Assembly (NCBI GenBank): GCA_949294395.1
Contig: CASFGU010000023.1
Span: 21 to 64,020 of the forward strand
Reading direction: 5' to 3'
From: an uncultured bacterium
Lineage (GTDB): Bacteria > Cyanobacteriota > Vampirovibrionia > Gastranaerophilales > Gastranaerophilaceae
DNA length: 64,000 bases
Shown here: positions 50,101 to 56,020 of the stretch, piece by piece
Position numbering within the stretch: the first letter of the stretch is position 1
Layout: the number at the start of each line of letters is the position of its first letter
The notes under the pieces: generated by a model
Databases searched by the model: none
Told to the model about the DNA's origin: nothing
The model's input: the letters and a program-made list of their open reading frames with translations, nothing else
Program-made: the position numbers and the translations under genes

Positions 50101-51006
50101 AACTTCAGAACCCGCAATTTTCGCATTCTCAATTTTTATACTTGCAGACACAGGATCGGTTTTACCGACTTTTTCAAATGTTCCTGCTTCTCTTACGCTG
50201 GAAGCATTCGCAACAATTGAAACCTTTCCGTCTTTTAAAGCATATCCGCTGCCTGCTGTAATATCATTTGAAACAAGCTGGTTAAAAAGGGTTTCGGCAC
50301 GCGAAAGCATTGCCTCATTTGTTTCGCCGTTTGCACCATTAAATACAAGGCTGTCCTGTCCCTGAACACCGGCAACAATTCCTGCGGAACTATTCTGCCC
50401 GTCAGCTTTTGCTATCTCTATATTCTTACCGTAAAGTTCTACATCTCCGCGTGAAATAATCTTACCGTTGATAGTAATATTCCCCTGCGAATCAGTTTTC
50501 AATGCTGTTAAATCCTGAGTCGTTGCAATATTGTTTATGAAATTATTATAGGAATTTTGAGAAGGGGTGATTAAGGATAGGGAACCTACATTTAGAACGC
50601 CTGATGCGCCTATTACAACGCCTCCCGGGGATACGAATATGGCATGCCCGTTGTAGAAGTTGTTATTCATCATTGTATTTAAGATACCGTTGATGTTAAC
50701 CCCGTTATTTACAAGGTTTACGAACTTGTCGTATCCCATTGTATAGATAAGATTGGCTATATCGCCCTGAGAAAGGTTAAAATCACCGAAGTGTGCAAAT
50801 CCGGTGTTTCCGTGAATTTGCCCCGGCGTAATATCGTAGATGTTGCCATTCGGTGTTATACCAGCTCCGATACTACTGTCAGGCGCCTCGGTAATCTCGC
50901 TGGCAATAACCGGTACAAGAAGCGACTGCTGTACTATAAAGCTCAATGCTAAAAATACAGAAAATGCTTTAGTCACAAATCTTTTAAACGATTTAACCTT
51001 TTTCAT
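35119..51006 (-). CDS. giant TpsA-type exoprotein (5295 aa): signal peptide, TPS domain, very long beta-helical repeat shaft, helical insert, second repeat zone, C-terminal PilZ-like domain
   Basis: One uninterrupted 15.9-kb ORF. The N-terminal TPS motifs parallel the 23788 paralogue. There are hundreds of Gly/Ala/Asn/Thr/Val-rich repeats (e.g. GTAAVGGSAVVNTIINDVNASV). It is divergent from a TpsB gene. Confidence 0.9.
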   Translation of the reverse strand: MKKVKSFKRFVTKAFSVFLALSFIVQQSLLVPVIASEITEAPDSSIGAGITPNGNIYDITPGQIHGNTGFAHFGDFNLSQGDIANLIYTMGYDKFVNLVNNGVNINGILNTMMNNNFYNGHAIFVSPGGVVIGASGVLNVGSLSLITPSQNSYNNFINNIATTQDLTALKTDSQGNITINGKIISRGDVELYGKNIEIAKADGQNSSAGIVAGVQGQDSLVFNGANGETNEAMLSRAETLFNQLVSNDITAGSGYALKDGKVSIVANASSVREAGTFEKVGKTDPVSASIKIENAKIAGSEVEMLAQASDKLDTSIWNVKGAMLDAAINFNEYFNMSENGAYDDFTGARAHAVIDIINSEINSSGDITIATNAVADTEISKNNLSDSKANVYALGNETLSKINITNSDINAGGDVTTAAISQNISNIKISNKLISTLKGQNANSYELMAVNHTSKSDTLVNIDKDSTVAAKNLNAGAVNNTQNNIKIDNNIKYQDQGEKAGSTAGISLLIKNDRVNTKASVNGTVNTTESVNVSAQNLHISDTKLSTAGSKYDASKDTDATKSEGTTDAQSNGVIGKIKGMLGGLSSSSANKDNPTSAPSSSAVEMSGVVNLNNSIINTTAEIGNDAEVNAGNNVTVNANTVDYTKNSAKSEATDGAKFAPGVAVVVNSQTNNTNAVIGQNANVTAGQDVKVNATTELPLDLASLRLNVKIGDKEIVSDGFALSTGSDVSWDFTRFNGSNTDGNSYSGIDLSDAEFELATPDDKTFDYDLLFNNHASASAAGESVGASGAVVYNSIANNTMAKISDGAAVTSNNGSVILNSVNSVVNYNGAGDITKLFRGSASGGKVGLGGSVLINEFTNNAEALIGNSAVINAVNGEVGLYSANEAAYLSAIATGSKSDKFALAGSVLVQDISGKTSSQIGSNAKVSAKNVNVKAGEGKIATVKDKSGLTNNSILMNDERTATDKTSVLNIGGSLSKQSETGGSQTSQASSGGAVGATVIVNNVNKNVSAKVLDGATVTAAENASVTAAASSQAMNIGFAGAFAGGVTVDKSQQTGDNQSTNGFGGWQDKISSIVNKIKGKTSSKDDAVANASGSSVTDNLKDENVKDSLNSTNDQNQTDIKDGVTSTTSQGQALAGATTLSTTANASTASNNFSAAAAGVVTVESNDTAVEASIGNGTVNVGKNLDVKASQNNQNLNIATGLSKAGNLGAGAAVNVSSRGGSTHALLNGTTVNFTSDGDKKLNVEANEDNNNIDVALGVGAASNSQSGTKAAVGGSFNATVIDNDVKASVSNATIKNAEGKSGNADVNVIANNYSKGYKGAGGLTLTKGSNTNIGAGIAGNINILDKSTTAEITNNTAISNASNVNVKANNRGGKTDDIISFGAAGSVIAGGSSSYSFDGAIGVDVIGNTITAAINNSTINAAGDINTSAYSEIRNSNIAGSAQFSSSTSGVGVGLGTVVNVINNAVKAEIADSTIANSASVSVNADQIEVLKFLAVNMGLNTSGASSAMANAIVNVLNSDIYSYITGGSINSTGAVSNIANYKNDIQGITAVAGLARSQGNALGGNIITNVYTNDTQSKVNSTVTAGGKVSAKAQSYENLNIIPAAATISTGKFAAAANVAANVLTNSTLAEAGGRITSNGLDVIAYDNSDMVSRGGTLAGSSKVGIGGSIAVDVLNKTVGAKINDGTIVDSENGAVTVSATAQNASGGKKDDNGNYIITDIADIAKLIDDNNVSSLDGWQMSYDLVGGGTAGVSGSIITKVINNNVTASIGNNTEIIASAVDVLADDFVIINAIVGSLTAGGKAAVGGSAFVNVVTGTTSASIGDNAVIKTGGNVNVKAENKEVIRTIMVIGGGAGNVAVNGSANVNTVVNTTSASIGDNVQISGISENSKAGDVKVIASETVDSQSDNLAVSGSGTASVGGVAFVNTFDNNVNANVGKETSTNKTNIKANSLEVNARSEESVGAITALVSAAGTADVAGLGIVNVINSHVNASVDNAILDVTHNIDVKASQDYNKTKYGDKAGLYTTLLGLDPGNSTSIDISGYTPIISALNVTAAGTAAVGGSAVVNTIINDVNASVKDSVIENSSNLNILATSDTVTYDAVGSVAASGTAAVSGTALVNVVRGDTNALLDNTTVKNGNVSVKAHDTNTLNGIMGGVAASATAVVSGYVNENSTVNTTSAKISNSTIGSADKRAGDVDVEASSTNNIASMSASVGVAGEGANVQGLAITNQNSANTEAKIENSDITANSLDVNAKNTFNVFDLIAAAGVAGVGGQIGANVISNVVNNDLTAAITGTQDKNINVAGNSNVRAESSITMGSNLASAGIAGIGAAIGLAVIANVMDNDILSYVDGVTVNGGTWKVNAQQIDKMTGGLAGANFGGLAVGVNANGVTNIIQDRTKAYIANAILNDITSLTVNAKSDQKLDFNAFSVAISGLAGVNVSALVNTVKNELYAGVSNSTVSSNGAVNITTDQDTTVKAVYANVSGGAVAAGTGSIVNVLTNKNTAEINNSAVSKSSSITLDAQNKTAVTSDNYTAAGGGFAGGLSVNVNVIENEVKAQINNSGKEISTNGALKVNAYEDFDLTARAGVAAVGATGAAAGSSNVNIINNAVLAEVNSDSAVNVGSLDVDAVSDLNIDVLTASAAAGMSGMAGSVSVTSIGSKFSDSDTNSYLVADNSDAVTTTQETANSTVSGNDSVLNNLQIVDKDGNKVSAGYNSGSVELAGTGSKGGTSANVNANVTSNGSVDVNASNTLQFKKSNENAAIGLGALAANVLVTNMNYKTNASLGGNVDAGSNKVSVKASNNINANTSANQASLSGVSVGGNVAYFRNNAQTTAQINGGKVQAGNIDVIAESTDNISAKAFGAGISGASVNAVVADVKTTNNTKALVTGAVDIDADNLNVKANNTSSLNSEMQAYQASGISVGILVNSAVSNAVTNAIIDASGDIALNNDLNIVAATNGITTGTTMYLGSLTAIGVSGSEQNSEASATFAAAINNPNLTISKADNVNVLSGVNAADNTLAGAITAEVFSKAADLGFILASVTTQNATVNADSNVNVNANNIKANNMKLASNLNKTAKTGSTSSSIGAVSVNTLSLNSTVGGTSSITLAGGSEIAKDITIEMNDTSNAHNEMVSANLSIVSGSVNESNAKVNSNTSVNLNGDITADSVAITSNVNRNAYSTMKTKSGGLVTAGIYNILTETTGSSDINTTGKVGVKNNFGLTSNALNQAETYLSENSAALAAIAKGSAKNNINTSNNISVNNAEIKSENGNVNLKVDSSNKIAMEKTSNSAGFTTINGGTLSNDIKYNENTEAINISNSTIEANDINIESDVDFGSLGLIQYDDDAGGFATDAGATINNTITQNNKIKIQNSKLQAKNKLDVKQNTDSTFHQFVKTEHSGFTNRNRATSNLTVTNNNTLDILGADTVLSGNYVSISQDSSNELSSETYTKANHVGFRDPMSKSYLDLTINNTINLEGQINGGEAVQIDFMKNSINTLVQKADLFIEAAVATGEADGHLNYTTNNALNIRTGAKISSGRDVLVNYSNGNNTLTSQINSKKISRLLFGIPITKSSSSSHINQAINNSLALDGEVTAGESYNKYMLIDENGNVVQEKLEGFIANQDYEILEGGTIDGSELTEDAKNEIQNQIDYLTEQKNRLNTTEETNKEQLALYEQQLEQLQGILDDINNNTDTITSAEVAAQSKNNIQSAIVGDGENQISQEKFDEVYSKLTDANLTDEEINNYLQNESGLTDAQITLLNNAIDTESAKMTTTTIGSVETSVYDGKLVFDSEDETYKAQLQSSYDSINTAFEDLTKINETISQNVSDLDNSITSLEAQIEYLTQNPLPDVTTDNNSIKFNNIAAEPSKIELNGILREDITGNGLFKIFGSSVFIENYSDYDLIFNNIALSYGNTGFIVNGENLDNLAVTGEKVNDNVSLVKEYGNDRVKDNIIINNYYDSRNSLISNAITSNILFNGVITNNAGGFNVLNESGDITFKNIINADSKDIVAAQGNVTFDVPAGELTLNDGDRILAGKNVTVNANSIVNNGKVQAGYGDRNITITDDMLTHFVKDSAGNDTEVIDLQGADVSDYLSENNNIKILYTDADGDGKKEIVVFNTSTEGGNVTFNGTVSGEGEVRYTDGYSNITITNNTDNKLVVNNLANNRMDGSYTINGTIQQESNKVINQGHDFANTTITSNGTVDVKGLIENAKGKKEDDGTGLLNITSQNGVNILNKLDEKGVQTATIDALGNTTIKNETAGGIVVEGLMHTEGTSNLTNDAEGGITIQDTGIVSNTNGGELNITNNAGDLTVTEKGQVVADGTSGTINVKNTENAGKFSIAGLIKHSGKGNVNVTAQSASGLDIASTGKVAATEGDIKITNEKAKLNIEGTVENAKGTTDITNNGDGGLLIAESGLVTNKNGTNNLTNNNGSATISGTVHNDNGANVLKNNSQDGMTVTSTGLVNNNNGTTTVSNTAGKLTVENGGQIVNNNGQTTVTNSGDGGMEIAGLINNKSGATKVENTNAALKVTETGTVQNDNGELEVKNTGAGGMDIDGKVATTNASNITLTSSGADIVIGHDNTDNNVQSGGSITINQTGGDVLNYGGNNSADKTMLAASSNLIMNVIDGNIGATDDANPGFSVNAPTRDYTETLNINIGGSVTANAINSDANPDGVRLVNLRSKASDMKVNHIKADGNVILTAADWRQPDQNPTPDDEEYFRGYSITNAATDGGANIEGQNISVISSNEIGGEKALTYTQRTDVNPDSWVSFEAENDIKLENVKSDNPTNIWQLISKRGSIDFTLGSEATINEITSGNHLHLLSKAKDLTIYNIGKTTSFEDPMDDLLYPHDLIKLGSGEDSVVPQTIAIEVLDLDGGADANSTLKIYNAYVKGANNGQGEYEDVNGQTFQKADVSLMADNIYANAYDAAASDVSTVHHPDGFDPKENGSYELDGERHYATGFNTVGEGAKLSFDIEGVNKDFVADVNGGDTSTRTYNEKTKFETIEIFNNEFQIPDGNAYLADDVAISVNTAPGSADTGYNRGMNINKIYTNDAYVDTKDLNLTIRDAIINNYAEFRNGNRGGEGSYGSDYVYRWLAVVDNDFRRLVDSTVQLYTQKTGSFGLDMGNLVVLKTQAPVVNYNPYEVVNLFGNENSFLRLTYKDMKIQHNTTTPEFKEIDKETYKATKRVSMRFPTKGQNIKSDVPIYDISKTGALIDNKERKLKVGETARVKILYEDMVIDVEVEVVRVTKDELAGVKFINLDKATANKILYLNLRRANSMKDSYTSQL
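35122..35430 (-). other. PilZ-like domain at the extreme C-terminus of the giant protein
   Basis: K-RVSMR (RxxxR), 15 aa, DISKTG (DxSxxG), then the beta-barrel pattern LKVGETARVKILYEDMVIDVEVEVVRV...AGVKFINLD. Confidence 0.75.
39440..40090 (-). other. about 215-aa alpha-helical / coiled-coil insert within the giant protein
   Basis: ELTEDAKNEIQNQIDYLTEQKNRLNTTEETNKEQLALYEQQLEQLQGILDD ... SITSLEAQIEYLTQNP. E/Q/L-rich heptad-like sequence, unlike the flanking beta repeats. Confidence 0.6.
50557..50856 (-). other. TPS (haemagglutination-activity) secretion domain core of the giant protein
   Basis: NGNIYDITPGQIHGNTGFAHFGDFNLSQGDIANL...FVNLVNNGVNINGILN...AIFVSPGGVVIGASGVLNVGSLSLITP. Confidence 0.85.
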
Positions 51007-51108
51007 ATTTAATTTTCCCCTTAATCATCATCTATAAAATAAATTTGGATAGTTTTTTATTATCATGAACCAAAATAGAAAATTTTTTCTACTAAAGCTA
51101 AAGTTATG

Positions 51109-51122
51109 TTACAAATTTGTAA
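51109..51122. promoter_or_regulatory. perfect 14-bp palindrome TTACAAATTTGTAA in the tpsA/tpsB divergent region
   Basis: Read directly. A further half-site ATGTTACAAA repeats 18 nt downstream. Confidence 0.3.
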
Positions 51123-51191
51123 AATAATGTTACAAAAAGTGCATAAATTTTATATCTTTAGTATCCTGAAAAAAAGGTGATTTGTTAAAAG

Positions 51192-53057
51192 ATGGATTTG
51201 AAAAAGATAGTATTAGTTGCAATATGCTGTTCCTGCATTCATAATGCGTCGTATGCTGCCGGCGAAATTCCAGCAGGGGTAATGGATGCTGCAGGAAGCG
51301 CGCAGAATCTGCATGTTCATGACATGGACAGGCTTAAAGATCTTCAAAGACGCGAGGAACAGGAGCAGGACTGGCAGGATTTGAAAAGACGCCAGAAAGA
51401 ACAACAGGAAAATCCTGATAAAGTAAAATCAAAAAAAGAAAAAAAGAAAGATGTTATAAAGGCACGTGCCGAAGAATATGCTACAAAAGGCGTTTATATT
51501 GATAAAATCAGAGTTGCGCCGAGCCAGATTTTAACACAGGAAGAAATCGAAAATATTATAAGTGATTATCAGGGTGAAAACCTGACTTTTGATAAAGTAA
51601 AAGAGATTATTAACCGTATAAATACTCTATACCTTGAGAAGGGTTTTGTGACTGCCAAGGCATTTGTCCCTGAACAGGATATTGTAGACGGTTCTTTGTA
51701 TATTGACCTTTTTGAAGGCAAAGTCGGCGAGGTGTCTGTTGTTGATAATAAATGGACAAAAGAATCTTATATTAAGAAAAGAATTTCAGCAAAGCCTTAC
51801 AAACTTTTTGATATAGTTGAACTTGAGCAGGATGTTCTGAACTTTAATAAATATACCCCGGGAATAGAATTGAGCGCGAACTTAAAACCCGGTGAAAAAA
51901 GGATGGGAACAACTGATATAGAGCTTGCAGCCAGAGAAAAACTCCCGTTCCATACAAGTTTTATTTTTGATAACGCAGGCAGATCCACAATCGGTAATCT
52001 TCGCGGCGGTGTTGCACTGACACATGACAGTTTGTTCGGGTACCGTGATAAACTGACTTTAGGTGCTTATGTTAGCAGCCACTCAAATACTCCGTTTGCG
52101 GACTATAATATTCCGGTTAACAAAAAAGACGGGCGTGTCGGCTTCTCTTTCTCCTCAAGCTATGCACATATTGCTCAGGGTGATTACAAAATGTTCAACA
52201 TCCGCAGCCGCTCTTATGTGTATTCGCTCTATTTCAATCAGCCGTTGATTAGAAAACCATACTTTGAATTATCGAGTTTCAGTTCAGTTGACTACAAGCA
52301 GGCGACTACATCTTTTGACGGCTATGATTTATACACTGATAAAATTACAAGTGCCAGAACCGGTTTTAATATGCGTTACGATACCAAACGCGGTATCTGG
52401 TATTTAAACCAGTATGTGTCTTATGCAATGCCGATTTTCGATGATAATTCAAATTACGTAAAACTTGAAGGCGGAATTATCAGACTGCACGATTTCGGTC
52501 ATGGAATTGTAGGTCAGTTTAGAGGTGCATATCAGGCTATTCCTAAAAAAGATGTAGTTCCATATATTGATCAGTTTCAAGCAGGCGGTCTTTCGTCGGT
52601 CAGAGGCTACTCGGAAGGTCTTTTGATAGGCAGAAGCGGCTACCTGTTAAGCGGTGAACTTTTGTTCCCGATTGCTCCTTCTGCGATTAAATCAAAAGAC
52701 AAGAAGAAAGAAACCCCGTTTCTCGGAAAATATGTTAAAGGGGTTGCGTTTGTAGACCATGCCATGGTATTCCCGTTTAAGGGCGAAGGTCCGGGTGCTT
52801 CCGGTATTGATTCAAACGATGTACTGCTCGGCATAGGGCTGGGGTTGAGAGTTACACTGCCAAAAGACCTTACCGCAAGACTTTACTGGGGCTTCCCTAT
52901 GATTAGAAACTCCCACGAAGCTGTCCAGCATGCCGGAAGATTTCATTTTGATATAGTCTTAACTCCTGATTATGACGCATTGTTAAAGCTCAGACATCCT
53001 AAGGATGATAATAAAGAAAAGGTCAAAAAAGAGCCGGCTAAGATTAAGTCGTTGTAG
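51192..53057 (+). CDS. TpsB transporter (ShlB/FhaC/HecB family, POTRA plus 16-strand barrel)
   Basis: Signal peptide. POTRA-like IDKIRVAPSQILTQEEIENIISDYQGENLTFDKVKEIINRINTLYLEKGFVTAKAFVPEQDIVDGSLYIDLFEGKVGEV. Barrel motifs QAGGLSSVRGY and a C-terminal aromatic-rich strand. Confidence 0.9.
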   Translation: MDLKKIVLVAICCSCIHNASYAAGEIPAGVMDAAGSAQNLHVHDMDRLKDLQRREEQEQDWQDLKRRQKEQQENPDKVKSKKEKKKDVIKARAEEYATKGVYIDKIRVAPSQILTQEEIENIISDYQGENLTFDKVKEIINRINTLYLEKGFVTAKAFVPEQDIVDGSLYIDLFEGKVGEVSVVDNKWTKESYIKKRISAKPYKLFDIVELEQDVLNFNKYTPGIELSANLKPGEKRMGTTDIELAAREKLPFHTSFIFDNAGRSTIGNLRGGVALTHDSLFGYRDKLTLGAYVSSHSNTPFADYNIPVNKKDGRVGFSFSSSYAHIAQGDYKMFNIRSRSYVYSLYFNQPLIRKPYFELSSFSSVDYKQATTSFDGYDLYTDKITSARTGFNMRYDTKRGIWYLNQYVSYAMPIFDDNSNYVKLEGGIIRLHDFGHGIVGQFRGAYQAIPKKDVVPYIDQFQAGGLSSVRGYSEGLLIGRSGYLLSGELLFPIAPSAIKSKDKKKETPFLGKYVKGVAFVDHAMVFPFKGEGPGASGIDSNDVLLGIGLGLRVTLPKDLTARLYWGFPMIRNSHEAVQHAGRFHFDIVLTPDYDALLKLRHPKDDNKEKVKKEPAKIKSL

Positions 53058-53220
53058 AGATTAAGACTTAATTTAACTTTATGGAGATTGTGTTAGCCGT
53101 TTTTCTGTTATCAGAGATTTTGTACGCCGGCGGTTATAATTTTAATCAGGATAAAGTTGTTAAACTGTATTGGCCAGCGTGGTTAAAGTGTTATTCTGCT
53201 GTCTGTTATAAGCTTTTGTT

Positions 53221-53775
53221 ATGAAAAAGTTTGATACCGGACAGTTTAACCTCGGGCAGGATATGGCATTATTTTATGAGAGGGTGAAGTGTAAAACACT
53301 CTGTCAAAAGTATAATAATCTTTCACCGGACATGCTGCCTGCACGGCATTCATTAATGAAAACCATTCTTGGAAGTATCGGCAGCGCTTTTCTGATAGAA
53401 CAGCCTTTTATATGTGATTACGGCTATAATATTAAAATAGGTGATAATTTTTATTCAAACCATAACCTTTTAATCCTTGATACGGATGAAGTAACATTCG
53501 GGGATAATGTGTTAATCGGACCGGACTGTTCTTTCTATACGCTTGAGCATCCTGTAGATGTTCATCTGCGGCGCCGCGGGATGAACTTTTCAAAGCCGGT
53601 AACCGTAGGAAATAATGTCTGGATTGGCGGGCATGTCACTGTGCTTGCGGGAGTTACCATAGGAGATAACAGCGTTATCGGCGCCGGAAGTCTTGTCACT
53701 AAAGATATTCCTGCAAATTCGCTGGCTCTCGGTGTTCCTTGCAGGGTTGTGAAAACGCTTGTCACGTCTGATTAG
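53221..53775 (+). CDS. sugar O-acetyltransferase (Maa/LacA family, left-handed beta-helix)
   Basis: N-terminal Mac domain, hexapeptide repeats (IGDNVLIGPD, VGNNVWIGGHVTVLAGVTIGDNSVIGAGSLV). Confidence 0.85.
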   Translation: MKKFDTGQFNLGQDMALFYERVKCKTLCQKYNNLSPDMLPARHSLMKTILGSIGSAFLIEQPFICDYGYNIKIGDNFYSNHNLLILDTDEVTFGDNVLIGPDCSFYTLEHPVDVHLRRRGMNFSKPVTVGNNVWIGGHVTVLAGVTIGDNSVIGAGSLVTKDIPANSLALGVPCRVVKTLVTSD

Positions 53776-55343
53776 TGTTTCAGGTGGTTTTCCTCTTTAT
53801 CTATATACTCGCAATGAAGTGCGGATTCAAGCTGGTCAAAAATTTCACGGTAGTGATACTGCAGCGCGTGCTGCGCCTTGTGATGAAGGTCATCAAGATG
53901 GTAGTGCATTGCAATCTCAAGGTTTGCAAGCGACATATTGTAGTCGTAAAGAGTGTTTACATATAAAATTTTTGCTTCGTTATAATTGTTTCTTGCCTGC
54001 TGGAGTGCAATATAATCGTTTTCCATTTTTTCGTAGCGCTCATCTGCAAGCTGGTAATTCTCTAGAGCTTCCTCAACTTTTTCCTGAACATTAATTACCT
54101 GCTGTTCGCCTTTGTTAACGTTAATGAAACATCTTTTTACCTCAAAATATAAATTTTGTTTGAATAAATCAATGTCATTTTCTGCAAGTTCAACCTGAGC
54201 TTTGCCCCTGTCTATTTCGTGCTTAAGCTGTTTAAAGTTGATTGCGGTGGTCATATTAACCGCCATGTTAAGGTTGTTGTTTGCAAGAGTCCGGGTGTTA
54301 TTGAACCCGTAGCCTACAGAGCCTGTAATATCAGGATAGTATTCTCTTTTTATGTATAAGAGGGATTGTTTCATTGCATCAAGCGTTGCATCGAGAACCC
54401 ATAAGTCCGGACTGTTTTTATAAGCCAGATCGTAAGCCCTGTCAACGGAAAACGGCAGTTCAAGAAGTTCTGATGTGACAATTTCCGACACATTATTTTT
54501 TTCTATTCGGGTGCGGTATGCTATATTTTTAATATTTTTGTCCTGTAATGTTTCGGGAATTTTGTTTTCATTTGTGTATTTTGATTTATCGTAAAGTTCT
54601 TTCGGGGTATAAATATCGTGAAAGTTAAATGTTTTGATTTTTTTTATTCTGAAATCAGGCGAAAACGCGATATACAAAGAGTTAGCAAGATCTGCCATTG
54701 CAACATCGTAATCCATCTGCGCGTCGGTTAATCTCATTTTGGCTTCTGTAAGAAATACTTCAGCGTTTACAAAATCTATTTTAGGTTTTTTCCCTGATTC
54801 GTAAAACTGTTTTGCCCGCCAGTAATTTTTTATACAGATTAAAGTATTGTTGTATTCAATATCTCTTATGGCCTGAGCTTTCAAAGCGTTATAGTATTTT
54901 GTTTTTACATCATAAATAGTGTTGCAGATGCTGTCCATAAACTGGTATTCTGCCGCAAGCTGATAGAACTTTTCCATTTTAATAAGCGCGCTTGTTTTGC
55001 CGAAGTTCCAGATAAGCTGGTTTATATAAACATCTACGGAGGGAAGATTTCTGTTAGATGAGCCGTCGTAGTCTTTGTTGGAATTGTAATCCTGATAAAT
55101 TCCGGCGCCGGCACCTAGTGTCGGAAAATAATTGGCTTTTGCTATTCCTACATTACTTTTTGCAACTTCAAGGTTATATTCATATTTTTTTATATTAGGA
55201 CTGTGGTTGATTGCAATACCCACGCAGTCCTCAAGAGTAAGCATTTCGCCTTTTTTAACCGGAGGGGTATCTTCTATTGCGGAAACAGAAGTTCCGCACC
55301 ACATTAACAATGCTATTAATATTAAAGCCCTTATTTTTTGCAT
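53772..55343 (-). CDS. TolC-family outer-membrane efflux protein
   Basis: Signal peptide and two OEP repeats with long helical segments. The N-terminal motif LTLEDCVGIAINHSPNIK is typical. Confidence 0.8.
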   Translation of the reverse strand: MQKIRALILIALLMWCGTSVSAIEDTPPVKKGEMLTLEDCVGIAINHSPNIKKYEYNLEVAKSNVGIAKANYFPTLGAGAGIYQDYNSNKDYDGSSNRNLPSVDVYINQLIWNFGKTSALIKMEKFYQLAAEYQFMDSICNTIYDVKTKYYNALKAQAIRDIEYNNTLICIKNYWRAKQFYESGKKPKIDFVNAEVFLTEAKMRLTDAQMDYDVAMADLANSLYIAFSPDFRIKKIKTFNFHDIYTPKELYDKSKYTNENKIPETLQDKNIKNIAYRTRIEKNNVSEIVTSELLELPFSVDRAYDLAYKNSPDLWVLDATLDAMKQSLLYIKREYYPDITGSVGYGFNNTRTLANNNLNMAVNMTTAINFKQLKHEIDRGKAQVELAENDIDLFKQNLYFEVKRCFINVNKGEQQVINVQEKVEEALENYQLADERYEKMENDYIALQQARNNYNEAKILYVNTLYDYNMSLANLEIAMHYHLDDLHHKAQHALQYHYREIFDQLESALHCEYIDKEENHLKH

Positions 55344-55383
55344 GTGTAAACCAGCATTTATTCCGCTTTATTATTTTAAACCG

Positions 55384-56004
55384 TTAAATTTTATTTAACA
55401 AGAGCGCAAGATTTTTTTCTTCAATAATTATGTTAGCCTGTTCTTTCAATACAGGTTTTGCGCAGAATGCGCAGCGTTTTGCGGCATATTTAAACATACT
55501 CAAATCGTTCGCGCCGTCGCCTGTAACAAGCGTGTCCTCCGGCGGTATTGCGAGAAGTTCCTGCAGTTTTTTTAGCATTCTGCCTTTGCTGTCGCCAAAC
55601 ATCATCTCACCGCCTAATTCTCCTGACAAAAGTCCATCCTTTGAATGGAGTGTATTTGAAAATTCCGCATCAAGCCCGAGGCTTTCTTTAAAAGGAACCG
55701 TTGCATTTGTAAAACCTCCGGAAAAACAAACAACTTTATATCCCAGTTGTTTGAGGCCGGCAATAGCTTCCGCAGCACCGTTCATAACAGGCAGATTGGT
55801 GCAAATTCGGTTAACAGTTTCGACTTTTAATCCTTTTAATAGAGAAACTCTTTTTTGAAGGCTTTCAAAAAAGTCAATCTCTCCGCGCATTGCTTTTCCG
55901 GTAATTTCTTTTACTTCTTTTTCTATACCTGTTTCACGGGCGAGAAATTCTAAAGTTTCCCCGTCCATTAAAGTTGAATCAAAGTCAAAAACTGCTAACT
56001 TCAT
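55384..56004 (-). CDS. serB: phosphoserine phosphatase (HAD family)
   Basis: FDFDSTL motif I, SGGF motif II, K...GDGANDL motif III. Sits downstream of serA. Confidence 0.85.
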   Translation of the reverse strand: MKLAVFDFDSTLMDGETLEFLARETGIEKEVKEITGKAMRGEIDFFESLQKRVSLLKGLKVETVNRICTNLPVMNGAAEAIAGLKQLGYKVVCFSGGFTNATVPFKESLGLDAEFSNTLHSKDGLLSGELGGEMMFGDSKGRMLKKLQELLAIPPEDTLVTGDGANDLSMFKYAAKRCAFCAKPVLKEQANIIIEEKNLALLLNKI

Positions 56005-56020
56005 TTGTTACTATCCTCTG

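Noticed and set aside
36345-50365. About 35 ORFs of 60-300 aa in other frames within the giant gene, mostly on the + (antisense) strand and a few on the minus strand (e.g. 41333-42238, 37697-38125)
   Set aside because: All lie inside the continuous 15.9-kb minus-strand ORF. Their translations are low-complexity Pro/Leu/Phe/Ser/Val strings, as expected from reading Gly/Ala/Asn/Thr/Val repeat codons in another frame or on the opposite strand. I saw no RBS or family motif.
53759-54094. 111-aa + strand ORF overlapping the end of the acetyltransferase
   Set aside because: It lies inside the TolC-family gene on the opposite strand, and I found no supporting motif.
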